A stretch of 63,780 nucleotides of DNA, filler included, from Octopus bimaculoides (GCF_001194135.2; 5 parts of 5 records of this genome joined end to end with filler, not necessarily neighbours in it); one strand, 5' to 3'. Shown: positions 50,413 to 63,780, counted from the whole stretch's first letter. The notes: generated by a model from the sequence alone, not told the origin. Program-made: numbers and translations.

Positions 50413-52704
50413 AATATTTTACATACAATATCATATATATATNNNNNNNNNNNNNNNNNNNNNNNNNNNNNNNNNNNNNNNNNNNNNNNNNNNNNNNNNN
50501 NNNNNNNNNNNNNNNNNNNNNNNNNNNNNNNNNNNNNNNNNNNNNNNNNNNNNNNNNNNNNNNNNNNNNNNNNNNNNNNNNNNNNNNNNNNNNNNNNNNN
50601 NNNNNNNNNNNNNNNNNNNNNNNNNNNNNNNNNNNNNNNNNNNNNNNNNNNNNNNNNNNNNNNNNNNNNNNNNNNNNNNNNNNNNNNNNNNNNNNNNNNN
50701 NNNNNTATATATATATATATATATATGAACCTATCTATCACCTTTCTTATCTGCCTTGTATATTTGTATATGTTCACGAATATTATGTGTATATATTTGT
50801 TTATTTATATATCTTTATTTTCAATTCACTAGGATAAATATACCAGTAACTGGAATGGCAGAATAAAACGAAGTATAGAAGCGAAAGAAGAACGAAAGAA
50901 AAAAATCATAAAAAAACGTCAAAAATAAAAAAAAAGCAAAAGACTTGCGTAAAAGAACGAAAGAGAATCAGGAAAGTTAAAAAAGACAAAAAGATTATAT
51001 ATATATATATAAAGAAAGAAAAAAAGAAGGAAAGCAACAACAACGACAACCAGGATACGGATGCACGGAGATCTCTTCTTACCATGTTGTTCCGAATGAC
51101 AAATTCCAAAACCTCCTGTTCCCCCTCCTCCTCCCACTCTACTCCCTCTTCATCTACTTCTTGTTTTAACACCAACACCAATACCAGCAACAAAAATCTT
51201 AACAATAATATTAGTAATATAAAAAATAATAGAATTAGTAGTACTACTACTACTACTAATAATAATAATAATAACAACAATAATAACAATAATAATAATA
51301 GTTCATTTTATGTGACACGTTGTTCGCGGTTGTTTTTCCCGTGCGTCGCCATATTGTTTCTGAGCTGTAATTTGAAAGCGAGGCTGGTGTCGGCCGAACA
51401 TGCACTGATGTCCATATTGGATGATTCTCGTAATTGCACAAAATCGGACAAATGCATCACGGATCGCATTAATCAGGATAAAATGTTACGATTAATAATG
51501 ATAGCACGGACGGTGTACAATGCTACCAGGCCAAATAACGGAAATGCTACCAGAGGAAACATAATCTACCCCAAAATAATCCGTAAGTATCAAAAGACGA
51601 AAAGAAAATGACTAAATTCTTTTCATTAAATATTTTGTGTCTTAAATATAATTTTCCAGTATTTCAGGTATGATTTTCTGGTTAAGAGGTTCACTGTGCA
51701 AACCAGGTGATCTCGGGTTCGATCTGACTACATAGCACCTTATATAAGTGGCTTCTAAAGTAGCTTCTGCTGTAGCCTTAGGTCGATCACAGCGTTGCGA
51801 ATGAATTTGGTATTTGAAAAGCTGTGTGCAACCCCGTTACATCTATCTATCTATCTATCTACTTATCTATCTCTCACTCTCTCTCTATCTATCTATCTAT
51901 CTATCTCTCTCTCTCTCTCTCTCTCTACCTACCTATCTCTCTCTCTCTCTCTCTCTCTCTCCCTACCTATCTATCTCTCTATCTCTCTATCTACCTATCT
52001 ATCTATCTATCTGTATATATCCATGGATGCATACATACCTACATATGTACATACACAACTACGATATATATGTATACATATGTGTGTGTGTGTGTGTTTG
52101 TATTTGTTTCCACTTCAACCGTTGTTGGTTTGTTTACGTATCAGTAAACATAGTACCTCGGCAAATGGTATCGATTGATATAATAAGTTAAGTATCAAAC
52201 TTTAAAAAGAAAAGAACATAAATACTGAGATCGATTTGTTTGACTAAAACTCTCCAAGGCGGTGCTCCAGCATGGAGGTCAAATCTGATTCGGCAGATGG
52301 TCTATGATCACAAGCAAGTCAGGTATAAAACATTCGATTCATGATATACAAATTTAATTTCAATTTCTATTTTCTTACGTTTTATCAGTTGTGGATTATC
52401 AAACGCTGTATTATTTGAGAGATCTTTTTTGTCTTATTAATGAGTGTGGATAGAACATGGTTACTTGTGGCTAAAGATTAATAGGAAGATATCTATCTAT
52501 CAATATCTCTCTCTCTCTGTCTGTCTGTCTTTCTTTCTTCCCAGTGCCAAGGTTCCAGGTTCAGCTTCAGTACATGGCACCTTGGGCAAGTGTCTTCTAA
52601 TATAACCTCGGGCCGACCAAAAGACTTGTGAGTGGATTTGGTAGACGGAAACTGAAAGATGTCTGTCGTATATATATATATATATAGGAAAATGTGTTGT
52701 TGAA

Positions 52705-53178
52705 AATGCAAGTTTCAGAAGCTCGCAAATGTTTAAAATACATTTATTTACATATTTATTTACATTTATTTACCAAACTAGATCTGAGAATCCGTAGATC
52801 TGAGAAACCGTAAACCAAATTCTCTTTTTTTTTTTTTTTTTTTTTTTTACTATTATAATTCTCACACTTGTTTTTTTCAGTATGACTTGTCGGCCACCAC
52901 TGAAATTAATGAACCTTGTACATTCTAACAAATTGATATACAGTTTTAATTTCAAACTTACACCTTCTGTTTTGAACATGATAATTCATCAACATTGAAA
53001 CATTTTAGTTTGACAACTTTGAAACATTTTAGTTTGTGAACATTGAAACTTTTAACGATGTTTTTCTAATTTTAAACTTTTACCATTGATAAGCAAAAAA
53101 TACTGTTGAAACTAGTTTGGTATATATGTAAATAAATGTATTTTAAACATTTACGAGCTTTTGAAATTTACGTGCATT
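52705..53178. repeat. Element bounded by about 70-bp imperfect inverted repeats (MITE/foldback-like)
   Basis: 52705-52781 (aagctcgcaaatgtttaaaatacatttatttacata...taccaaactag) versus 53112-53178 (ctagtttggtatatatgtaaataaatgtattttaaacatttacgagctt). Confidence 0.7.
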
Positions 53179-54139
53179 GGACCGGCGTTGCTCATGTTTT
53201 CCGTGTTGAAGTTAAGCCCACCTCTGACGTTGTATTGAAATCTTTTGCGTTCCCCGTGCCAACTATTAACCATTAAGAAGTTATATCTGGTTCGGCACGG
53301 ATTTTACCCGGTAAACGCTTTCGACATACTCCTACATACTGGATCGTCTGAAATAGCAGTCAAATTTTTGGGTGTACCTCGACCCGTTGAGAGTGATGTT
53401 TGTTTATTTCTCTCCCCTTAATACCACCGTCCGTACAAAATTGATCAGCGTGTCCAATCTCAGCAAAATCCGAAGAAAAGTGTTAAGGTTATGTCATAAA
53501 ATAGAATCCGTGTGACCATTTACATGAAAATATCCCATTACATGAAAATATCCCAATACATTATATGAATAATCGATGTTTCATATGTCGAAGTGCTAAA
53601 TTTTACTCATAGGTCAATTTTCTTCAAAATCAGTTCATTATTTTATTGTGAATGAATTTTGACGATTTCTGCCTATCACAAGTTTAATTTTAATTCTACT
53701 ACATGACTCCAGCCATAAACTTCACCTAAACGTCAAATTTCATCAAAATCGGATGAATTCTGTAAAAGTTACAGCATAAAATATTAATTCTATGGGTAAT
53801 TGCATACAAAAAGCTTATTGCTTTCTTAAAATCCTTCGCTCACGCAAATTATCGATTTTTTTTGTCAACTCTTCATGCTGGCATCAACTAATGGACATGA
53901 ACTGTAATCACGTGAAAAATTTGTACAAAATCAATAGAATACGTACCAGGTTTACAAAGAATAAGTCCTGGGGACGATTTGTTCGATTAAAGGCGGTGCT
54001 CCAGCATGGCCGGCGTAAAATGACTGAAACAAGTAAAAGAATAAAAGAATAGAAGGAATATATATATATATATATCAATGGTTATTATGGATTTCAAGCA
54101 ATCATAAATGTTAAGCACACACACAGGAACTCTAAAAGG

Positions 54140-54445
54140 GGTTTCAAATTCTGGCACAAGGCCGGCAGTTTCGGGGAGGGGGAATGTAGATTATATTGAC
54201 ACGAGTACGCAGATGGTACTTATTTTATCAGTTCCAAAAGGGATGAAAGCCAAAGTCGGATGTGGCAGTATTTGAATTCAGAGCATAAAGATGGACAAAA
54301 TGCTGCTAAGCATTTTGCCAAGCATGCTAACGTTTCTTATTTCTTTATTGCGCACAGAGGGGCTACACACAGAGGGGACAAACAAACGGATTAGGTCGAT
54401 TATATCGACCCCAGTGCGTAACTGTTACTTATTTAATCGACCCCN
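54140..54445 (-). mobile_element. SINE family B, dimeric form, truncated by a gap
   Basis: ttctggcacaaggccggcag...gcatgctaacgtttcttatttctttattgc...tcgaccccagtgcgtaac. Confidence 0.7.
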
Positions 54446-54559
54446 NNNNNNNNNNNNNNNNNNNNNNNNNNNNNNNNNNNNNNNNNNNTTAATTAATTAA
54501 NNNNNNNNNNNNNNNNNNNNNNNNNNNNNNNNNNNNNNNNNNNNTATATAAATGAGAAT

Positions 54560-54830
54560 GTGTGTGTGTGTCTGTCTGTCTGTCAGTCTGTCTGTGTGTC
54601 TCTGTGTGTGTCTGTGAATCCCTTAAACTCGAGAACTACACAACCAATTTCATTCAAATTTTACACATGCCTTACTTAGGGTTCCGGTTGTGTTTTAGTC
54701 CAAAAAACACTTTTCACTTCTTGCATAGTTCGAACCCACAACAACATCATATCTCCTCCACTATTTAAGTATTATGTGTCAAAAGTGAAACAAAAACACT
54801 CATGTCAAATATTTTCACTTTCAAAATGAA
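54560..54830 (+). mobile_element. Possible Helitron/Helentron-associated non-autonomous repeat (HINE/DINE-like)
   Basis: (GTCT)n tract followed by aactacacaaccaatttcattcaaattttacacatg, resembling the DINE-1/HINE core layout; termini not resolved. Confidence 0.3.
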
Positions 54831-56662
54831 ACTATACTCTCACATATATATACAGGCACACATACATATATACATACATACATGCACATATAATCTGCAC
54901 AAATGTATCCATATACATGTATCCATATACATGTATAAATATACATGTATATATATATATATATACATGTATANNNNNNNNNNNNNNNNNNNNNNNNNNN
55001 NNNNNNNNNNNNNNNNNNNNNNNNNNNNNNNNNNNNNNNNNNNNNNNNNNNNNNNNNNNNNNNNNNNNNNNNNNNNNNNNNNNNNNNNNNNNNNNNNNNN
55101 NNNNNNNNNNNNNNNNNNNNNNNNNNNNNNNNNNNNNNNNNNNNNNNNNNNNNNNNNNNNNNNNNNNNNNNNNNNNNNNNNNNNNNNNNNNNNNNNNNNN
55201 NNNNNNNNNNNNNNNNNNNNNNNNNNNNNNNNNNNNNNNNNNNNNNNNNNNNNNNNNNNNNNNNNNNNNNNNNNNNNNNNNNNNNNNNNNNNNNNNNNNN
55301 NNNNNNNNNNNNNNNNNNNNNNNNNNNNNNNNNNNNNNNNNNNNNNNNNNNNNNNNNNNNNNNNNNNNNNNNNNNNNNNNNNNNNNNNNNNNNNNNNNNN
55401 NNNNNNNNNNNNNNNNNNNNNNNNNNNNNNNNNNNNNNNNNNNNNNNNNNNNNNNNNNNNNNNNNNNNNNNNNNNNNNNNNNNNNNNNNNNNNNNNNNNN
55501 NNNNNNNNNNNNNNNNNNNNNNNNNNNNNNNNNNNNNNNNNNNNNNNNNNNNNNNNNNNNNNNNNNNNNNNNNNNNNNNNNNNNNNNNNNNNNNNNNNNN
55601 NNNNNNNNNNNNNNNNNNNNNNNNNNNNNNNNNNNNNNNNNNNNNNNNNNNNNNNNNNNNNNNNNNNNNNNNNNNNNNNNNNNNNNNNNNNNNNNNNNNN
55701 NNNNNNNNNNNNNNNNNNNNNNNNNNNNNNNNNNNNNNNNNNNNNNNNNNNNNNNNNNNNNNNNNNNNNNNNNNNNNNNNNNNNNNNNTATATATGTATA
55801 CATGTATACATATAGATGTATATGTACACGTATATCTATAGATATATATAGATATATATCTATATGCATACATGTAAATTTGGAAATTATATTCTATGTA
55901 TAACCCCCATGAAAATTCATATATTTTTGATGTTGATGAAATTTTAACCATACATATTACACACAACTAAAGTAATATTTCTAAAATTTCATCTAAGAAG
56001 TTACAAATACCACTTCATGGGGACTTCACACCCCTCATAAACACTCTACTACTGCTACTAATGACTGTTGGGAACCCTTTCACACCTTCCTTACATTTGA
56101 ACCGGAATCTCTAAAATATTGTCCCTTACATTTCATTCTCAGTTAAGTACCACGACAGGCAAATAAAAATTACTTGTCATTAACTCACCATGTTTGAAAG
56201 ACAGCGTATGTTCAAAAAAGTTTCCACGGAAGTTCCTACAACAAACTCAGACAGGTGCTGATGGGTATCCATCATACTGTTATGTCTCAAGCTACTGCTA
56301 TCTAGCACCTTCGGATGATCTCTACTCAACTGCTACATGACTGCTACTCAATAGTTACTCAATGTTTTCTTTATTCGGCACTAAGGCCCTAACACAGAGG
56401 GGGACACTACAAGGACAGACACAACATTACAATGGGGATATAAAACATAAAACGAATGACAATGAGATGTTATATAATGAAGAAATGAAATGGCTGCATG
56501 AGCCCCATAACCATGCAGTATCATTTGAAACGTTTATATAAACTATTTACCATCGTTCTATTGTTTTTCTTAATTATCTGTTTTTTCTCTCATAAGACAC
56601 CTACTTTTTTTCCTTCTTTTTTGTTCTTTTTTTTCCCCCAGACATTATTATTATTATTTTTT

Positions 56663-57091
56663 TTAATATCTCATAAACAGCTCCAAGTCCTTGAGTTCGA
56701 TTACTGGTGGCAGCTCATCGAACTCCACCGCTACTCCGGGCGTATCAATTTTGTCTCCACACATGTCTTTCAGTTTCCTGTATGTGTTCTTATCGACCAC
56801 AATGGCCTTCACATTTTCAGAGTACACATCTGTGGGTAACTTTATTCTTATAATATGCTTGAATTTTAAAATTTTTTTCTCCGTCTCCTTGTTTTTTGAA
56901 TATGTCACAAAATTCCATTTGTTTTTTCCTCTTCTTGGTTTTTTCTTTTCTTCTTCTGCTACTGGTGTATTTCCTTCTTCAACTCCAAACCATTTCTCTA
57001 TTTCATCCTCGCATGTTTGAACTCTCGAATCCTTTTCCTTCGCTGGGGAAACCTGCGTCATTAGCACTGTTCCCTCCCTCTGTAAATCCAC
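56663..57091 (-). CDS. Unidentified 142-codon open frame, 5'-truncated by a gap; probably transposon-derived
   Basis: Complex, charged sequence (...EKWFGVEEG...KKKPRRGKNKWNFVTY...IKLPTDVYSENVKAIVVDKNTYRKLKDMCGDKIDTPGVAVEFDELPPVIELKDLELFMRY*). The stop is followed by an A/(TAA)n run. No family recognised. Confidence 0.4.
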   Translation of the reverse strand: MDLQREGTVLMTQVSPAKEKDSRVQTCEDEIEKWFGVEEGNTPVAEEEKKKPRRGKNKWNFVTYSKNKETEKKILKFKHIIRIKLPTDVYSENVKAIVVDKNTYRKLKDMCGDKIDTPGVAVEFDELPPVIELKDLELFMRY

Positions 57092-57198
57092 CTGTTTANN
57101 NNNNNNNNNNNNNNNNNNNNNNNNNNNNNNNNNNNNNNNNNNTTAATTAATTAANNNNNNNNNNNNNNNNNNNNNNNNNNNNNNNNNNNNNNNNNNNN

Positions 57199-57580
57199 AG
57201 GCGTGGATGTCTGGTAAGAAGATCGCTTTTCTACCACATGGTTCCAGGTTCAGTCTTATGACATGGCAACTTGGACAAATGTCTTCTACTATAGCCGCGG
57301 GATGACTAAAGCTTTGAGTGTGGATTTGGTAGACGGAAACTGAAAGAAGCCCGTGGCATATATATGTATATATTGTGTGTGCGTGTGTGTGTGTCTTTGT
57401 GTCTGTAGTTGTCACCCTCTCCAACATCGGTTGTCAAGCAATATTGGTGTATTTACTTCACCGTAAATTAGCGGTTCAGCAAACGAAACAAATAGAATCG
57501 GTACTCTTAGGCTCACAAAGAATAAGCCTTGGGGTAGGTTTCTTCGACTAAAACCGTTCAAGGCTGTGCCCCAGTATGTC
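57199..57580 (+). mobile_element. SINE family A
   Basis: gcgtggatgtctggtaagaag...cttggacaaatgtcttctactatagcc...gtggatttggtagacggaaactgaaagaagccc. Confidence 0.75.
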
Positions 57581-60249
57581 ACTTTCACACCTGATGTTTA
57601 TCAGTATTCGTTCCGACGCCATACATTGTCATAACGTGCTTCGAGTTACAGACTTTTAAGTCCTTGTATAACACCACTTTTTGACAAGGCACCTTTAACG
57701 GTGTGCACCCTGTTACAATTATTCGGACTTGATCTCCAATTTGAAGATACCTTCTTCCAACGCTTGCTTCTGTCTTGGAGGGCATGTAAAGGTTTTGGGT
57801 TCCGCATTCCTTCTTATAAAATATAAATATTTCTAGTTATGTTAGGAGGGAATTTGCTGAAGGAGATCAGTAGTTGAATGCAGACAAGTATATTTGATTT
57901 AAAAGGATTATTTCTCACTGAAGCCGTAGGCTGACATTTAATTCGACACAGATATTGTAAACAGAAGACAGCTGTGAATACGAATCGAATATTTAAGCAG
58001 AAAAAAAAAACATGGTATTTGTTGTAAATTTATATATATTTATCAAACAACACTGACATAAAGTCTAGACATGAAGTAAATTTTATGTAAATATGTTGTA
58101 TCAAGTGTAACCGAATCACGCACAAAACCAGTCGTAAACGAAAGTTTGTTCAGTTCAAATGTCTGAAATATATCAAATAACACTCTACGGACAGACTCAA
58201 AACTAGAATTGTGGCTCACTAATTAAGACATTCCACTGAGATCATACAGGCAAATTATCTAATGTAATTATCTAACAGGTAAATATCAACCTATTAAATC
58301 AGAATTATTTACAAGTAGAGATTTTCATAATACCGAATTAATATTTCATGCACGATTTTGGCCTTAACTATTTAACATTTTCAAGAATCACTTCAAATAT
58401 TTTTCATTATTGAAGTTCTGAATTAAAATTCTTGCTGGAGACGGCATTATCTTTAATCTCTCTAGGGAAGATAAAATAAAACACCACCAACAGATTGAAG
58501 CCGTATTTAATCTATTAAACTCTCTTAGTATTGTCGATATGAGAAACAAATATTTAATAATAATAAAAATAATAACAACAACAACAACAACAATAATAAT
58601 GTAAAGTTCTGCTCGCTGTGCACAAGGCGATTTATTATCGGTTGACAGGCACCATCACGTATCAGCAAATAACTTGTTTGTTGAATTTTGAAGAAAAGTC
58701 ACAAACTATTCTTAGATTTATTAGTCCGGAGTGGCTTTGGCTGAGGAGACATAACTATATCGAAATATCTGGTGTCGAAAAGTCACCATACGCTAATGAA
58801 TCGTGTGTTATGAACATTTCGTCTGAAATGAAAAATTGTTCTCCAATAACGAAATACAACAGTGACTTGCATATTTACTTTGGAAACTGCCAGAACGTAT
58901 TAAGAATTAATGGGTATGCCATTGTCGTAATTCAGTAACAGTCTATCAGAAGCAGAACTACATGTTACTAAATTATTTGTGCATTCAACTTTATCCTTCC
59001 ACAGTTTAAATAAAACCGTGTTGATATTAATGTTACACTTCATCTTTTTGAGATCAGTAAAATAAGTACCAACGTTCTACTGAGGTTTTATTCGGATGAC
59101 TATAATTTCTATACACAATAGGAATCCTTGTGCACATGAGCGGAATCATTAGCTTTTTCCCTTCTTCGATGATGCGATGTGTAATAAACTGAATCAAGGA
59201 AGGCTATGGATGTGGCGCTTTAACTAAAATTCTAAAACATATGATTAAGCAAAAATAATATTTACAAAATGGCGTTCATTTCTGATCGTATTTTTAATGT
59301 CGGAAATCTTTCCGCGAATGCTATAGATAAAGAGTTAGAAGGAATGGGAGAATCACATGCATATTCCAATAGCAATTATACTTGGAAAAAATGCATCATC
59401 AATAAAATTTAAATGCAGAAACAAACGAAAGCTGCATAAAGATTAAAAATGCTTAATAGAAAGTATGAAAAAAAAAGTAAAACATACACAAATATTAGAA
59501 CAATATGAGAGAAATAATTGAATGAAAAAAATGTTGTTCCAAAAATGGAATGGCTCAGACCAGAAAATGAGAAATAAACGCTGTTATTCCTACTTTTAAT
59601 ATTGTAATTTCATTTTATTTAGCTATTTATTATCTATTTCATTGAATATGTTATAGTTTTATAGAATAAAGAGAATAGTTTGCGCATGCGTTTATGCGAA
59701 TGTTCCCATATTAATGATTGGGTCTTTTTTATTATCAATTTTATTCATCAGTTTTATTCTCTATATATTTTATTATATCTTAGAAACATTATTTCAAAGA
59801 TCTACATTATGTTCAATAGGTACACACAATTTTCTAGCCGTTTACACGTATAAAAGTCATATATATTCGTAAATATATAGTGTATGTTACGCTTAGAATA
59901 CATCACAAAATGTCGACTCTCATTTACATACATCATGTGTGTATGTGTGCGTGTGTGCGCGCGTGCATGCTTGCGTGTGAGTGTGTGTGTGCATGCGTGC
60001 GTGCGCACGTCTATGCATTTAAGTATGTATGTCATTATTCAGTTATAGTTCAAGACTTCTTGCCAGTAGAATCTAACCTAGACTCAAGGCACCTTTATTG
60101 AAATTTCAACATCAACAGGGTATTTTGTATGTATATATGTATGCCTGTATGTATGTATGCATGTGCACGTGCAGATTTGTGTGGTTTGGTTTATGTATGT
60201 CTTCTCATGCATATACTAGCATATGTAGACATGTTCATATATACTTAAG

Positions 60250-60830
60250 TGATAAACGTCTGGTAAGTTTAACAAACTTTTACAGTTCCAGTGATGGCTT
60301 GGATTTATAGTCTTCGAATCAGCTTTCCGCTTTCTGGTTTTAAGAAGCCTAATTTATTAAGATTGGTATTTAGACAGTGTGTTACATATCCCAGTGCACC
60401 AATAATTGGAGGTATAAATTTGAACTTATAATCTGGATAGAGTAACTGCAGAATTCTCAATAGTCCAGCGTTGGTTTTCTCTTTTCCCTGTTCTTCAGCT
60501 TTATCTTAACCACTGCTGGGCAACTAATTTCCACAACTGTACAAAGTTTCTCTTCTCTATCCCCAATCATTATATCAAGTCTATTGTGTTTACATTTTAT
60601 TGAGTTTTTCACTGGGACATTCCACTCCTTTTTAGCATGAGTGGCTAAGGCTTCTTATTTCTTTGTCCTCGGAGTTATCCTTCCAACGGATTTCAGTATA
60701 AAGCCTCATCAGTAAACAATACCGTGGTGATATTTTCGGACAATTATTTATGATGTGGGTAATATCTTCGGTGTTAACGCCACAAAATCTGCATCGGCTG
60801 TCACAATATACTGCTTTACCTGCATCTCTG
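60250..60830 (-). mobile_element. Decayed C-terminal part of an R2/R4-type (restriction-like endonuclease) retrotransposon
   Basis: Minus strand gives a CCHC knuckle CRFCGVNTEDITHIINNC, then WNVPVK...KHNRLDIMIGDREEKLCTVVEISCP (PD-(D/E)xK region), PPIIGALG and IQAITGTVKVC, with frameshifts and stops. Confidence 0.85.
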
Positions 60831-61229
60831 TCCCTTACATGCATATGTATGTATATGCGCGCGCGCGCGCGCGTGTGTGTGTGTACGCATGGAAATATGC
60901 ATACATGTTCCGATGGTATAATATACTTAAGCTATAAAATAGAACAGTGCAGCATTTCATTAGATAAACAGCTCTTACCCTTTTTGAAGCTTACATGTTT
61001 TATAGAGGTCGAACATCTTGGGACCTCTTACAGCCTTTCTCACTTTAGTGATTAGTTTTAAGAATATTTTTTCAGAAATAAAGCTTTTGATTTTCTCCAA
61101 CAGAGTATACCTTTAATAAATGCTCGTCTCTCGATGTCTTTATTCTAAACAAAAGATCAATTTAGCTTAACACACAATGTGATGAGTTTTTTAAAGACCA
61201 CTGACCACACAAAGACTTGTCTTTCAATA

Positions 61230-62200
61230 GTAAATAAAACATGGTAGAGTAAGTGTTCGTCTAAGCTTTGATAATGGTGAGGTGCAGGAGGTTTTGTATC
61301 TACAGAAAGCTTCAGATTGTCTACTGTGTGACACCACTATTAAGAACAGTATGCACAGATCAAAGAAGAATTTTGACAAGAGGAGACAAACCATTGCAGA
61401 CAAATCACGCAGAGGGAGATCATCAACTTCGCCCAATGACATGAGTCGCCAGCAAATGGACAAACTAATTCGTAGAGGCAAACGAGTGCCATCTTATGGG
61501 ATTGCAGCAAAAGTGGTCTGCAGTCACGATGTGTTGTAGAAGATAGTGGGAGGCCTTGGTTATTGAAGTGGGTGCAACATGGACAGTTGACATCTGATTT
61601 GAAGGGAGGAAATTTGAAAGTCTGCATTTTATCTGCAGGAAGCATTTGAAACCAATGGAGAAAGGTGTTTTTCTCTGTCTGTTGACACAGTATGAGAAGT
61701 GGAGGTAAACCTATGACCCGGAAACGAAGTGTCAGTCCATGGAATGGCGTGACATTTCTTCTTCAAGGGTTCAGAAGTTCAGGAACCGACTATCCGCACT
61801 GAAAAACATAAAGAATGATTTGGAGAATTACAAAGGCGTCATTCTCATTGTGTTTGTAGAAATTGGCTATACTATGAACAATAAGCGGCTCCACGCGTTA
61901 TCCAGAAATTGAAAACGATCCGCATTTGCTACGACAATGCATTAACGCATTTTTAGAAACAATTCAAGTTTCGGCAAGTTTTACCATGTACCGTGCAGAC
62001 TCTATCTGACACCCTCCGAATGCCTGTTTCGCATTCAATGAAAGATAGTCCTTGGTATCAATAATTTGATGCCCTAAATGGGGTGAAGTTGCTGTGAAGA
62101 AGCGGGTACAACAGGACGGACCTGAATCTTTTGCAAAGCAGATACGGGAGTTGAGTCCAACGATGGCTGAAATGCCCTGCATATCGTCCCTGTGTATAAA
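61230..62200 (+). mobile_element. Decayed near-full-length mariner transposon
   Basis: ADKSRRGRSSTS...MDKLIRRGKRV (HTH region), YDPETKCQSMEW, and a frameshifted VQRWLKC at the C-terminus appear in mariner order; many stops. Confidence 0.75.
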
Positions 62201-62363
62201 GGAAGATTTACACTCTTAACATGTGCGGTTTGAGCAACTGTGAGATGAAAAAATGGTATGCAGTACTTTCAGACCCATCGACGACGTGCGTACGCATACA
62301 CACATACACATACATACATATAAATATATACATACATATACATATATATATGCATATATACAC

Positions 62364-62432
<69 letters not shown>

Positions 62433-62779
62433 TATTATATACACATGCATTCAAGTATATTATATACATATACCAATATACATAGACATATACACACACA
62501 TATAATGCATACATGTATATAAATACACACACACACACACACACATATTTATATATATACATATGTATTGTACACCCATATGTATTGAAGTATATAGACA
62601 TATATACACACATGCATGAAAAGATTCATCTAGTTAGGGATGGTAGTACTTACTAAATTTAGATGTGCAAGAGAGATTTAGATTATGACAATGACGACGA
62701 CGACACATCTCTCTTTTTTTCCTTCTAAATTTGCTAACTTCTGATATACTTCACCACTTATAAAAGAAGTTGAGTAAAT

Positions 62780-63290
62780 TCGACCGTGTCATAATTCTTC
62801 ATGACTAAACTGGGAACAATCACAAGAATTCTTCACATTGTTCCCTAACCTGTTCTAATAAATACATCTAATCAAGACTGACTACTTGCTTTTGCTATTT
62901 GCATTCTTAAATAAAGTTTCTAAACCTGCAAACAGTCGATAACAACCATACTTGAAGAGGCAACTTTTATTCAAATAATTATAATCTTGTCAGTAATTGC
63001 AACTTCGTTTCTCCAATCAACCTACAACGATAATTTTCACATTACGCTTGCTGTTCACAAAATCCTAATCATTAATCATACATACTAGTTCAGATTATTT
63101 CTAATTCGATTGCGAAAACTCCAGTAGTGTAAAAGTGTTTCATATTCCATGCTTCAATAGCTGTCAAGCGTTTAATAGTATGCAATTTTCCTTGTCTATA
63201 GTTCTCCATTCCGCATGGTTAATAACGTTTCACATCAGGATCACTTATACAACCAGCTATTTTCCACCACTTTACACATTTTGAAAATAA
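62780..63290 (-). mobile_element. Possible very decayed LINE (RTE-type) AP-endonuclease remnant
   Basis: Minus strand fragments such as QGKLHTIK resemble the APE N-terminal motif WNVRTL..GKL..(I/V)K; weak. Confidence 0.3.
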
Positions 63291-63749
63291 TCAGCGAATT
63301 AACATTCCCTTCAGAGATATATTGAAATTTTCACTAACACTGATATATGTTTATCAAGTTTAAAAAAATATTTAGCGACACCTAAATCTAATTATATAAA
63401 AATATTTCTTTTTATATGGCCAAAGCTTAAAAGATTGAAGAACGTAAATATAGAAAGCCGTAATGCAAGAATATTCATATATAAGTCTTTGTTTTTTTAA
63501 ACAGTGGATCTCGATACACATAAGAGATATAAATACTGGGCCGAAGAAAAGTTTTGAGTAGAAAAAATCCATGAATAACGCTTGTTATGCCTACAGGTGG
63601 TATGGGTTCATGTCCATGTGTAGCCTACAATTTTGTATGCTCAAAAGCGTTTTCCCCCCAATATTTACATGCTGCTGTGCGCTTTGAGATCCAGTTTAAG
63701 AAAGGGACTATTTCACATAACTTCTTATGATATCAAATATATATATATT

Positions 63750-63780
<31 letters not shown>

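Noticed and set aside
51084-51611. 175-aa ORF containing MLRL
   Set aside because: First half is microsatellite; the MLRL has no Gly or basic cleavage sites.
25482-57154. Recurrent palindromic TTAATTAATTAA
   Set aside because: Always embedded in N runs; scaffolding spacer.

Overview
AT-rich, microsatellite-saturated animal genomic scaffold with many N gaps. The SINE families, SSR density and the peptide gene point to an octopod cephalopod (inference). One host gene is clear: a myomodulin-family neuropeptide precursor on the + strand. Its large terminal coding exon (39841-41315) encodes 14 MLRL-amide peptides (11x AVSMLRLa, plus ALSMLRLa, AMAMLRLa and QVRMLRLa), two PRX-amide-like peptides (LAPVPRLa, QITLPRYa) and a two-cysteine connecting peptide. 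A candidate signal-peptide exon lies about 13 kb upstream (26788-26843); the start codon is not located. The rest is repeat landscape: several modular tRNA-derived SINE families, fragments of RTE, L1/Tx1 and R4/Dong-like LINEs, decayed Penelope-like elements, mariner/Tc1 remnants (one an inverted 5'-5' dimer) and MITE-like elements. Most unusual non-coding signals: a type I hammerhead-ribozyme-like motif with an intact core (44706-44758) and three dispersed copies of a variant-core hammerhead-like motif. No bacterial-type systems (CRISPR etc.) are present. All calls are by eye, without database searches, and repeat boundaries are approximate.
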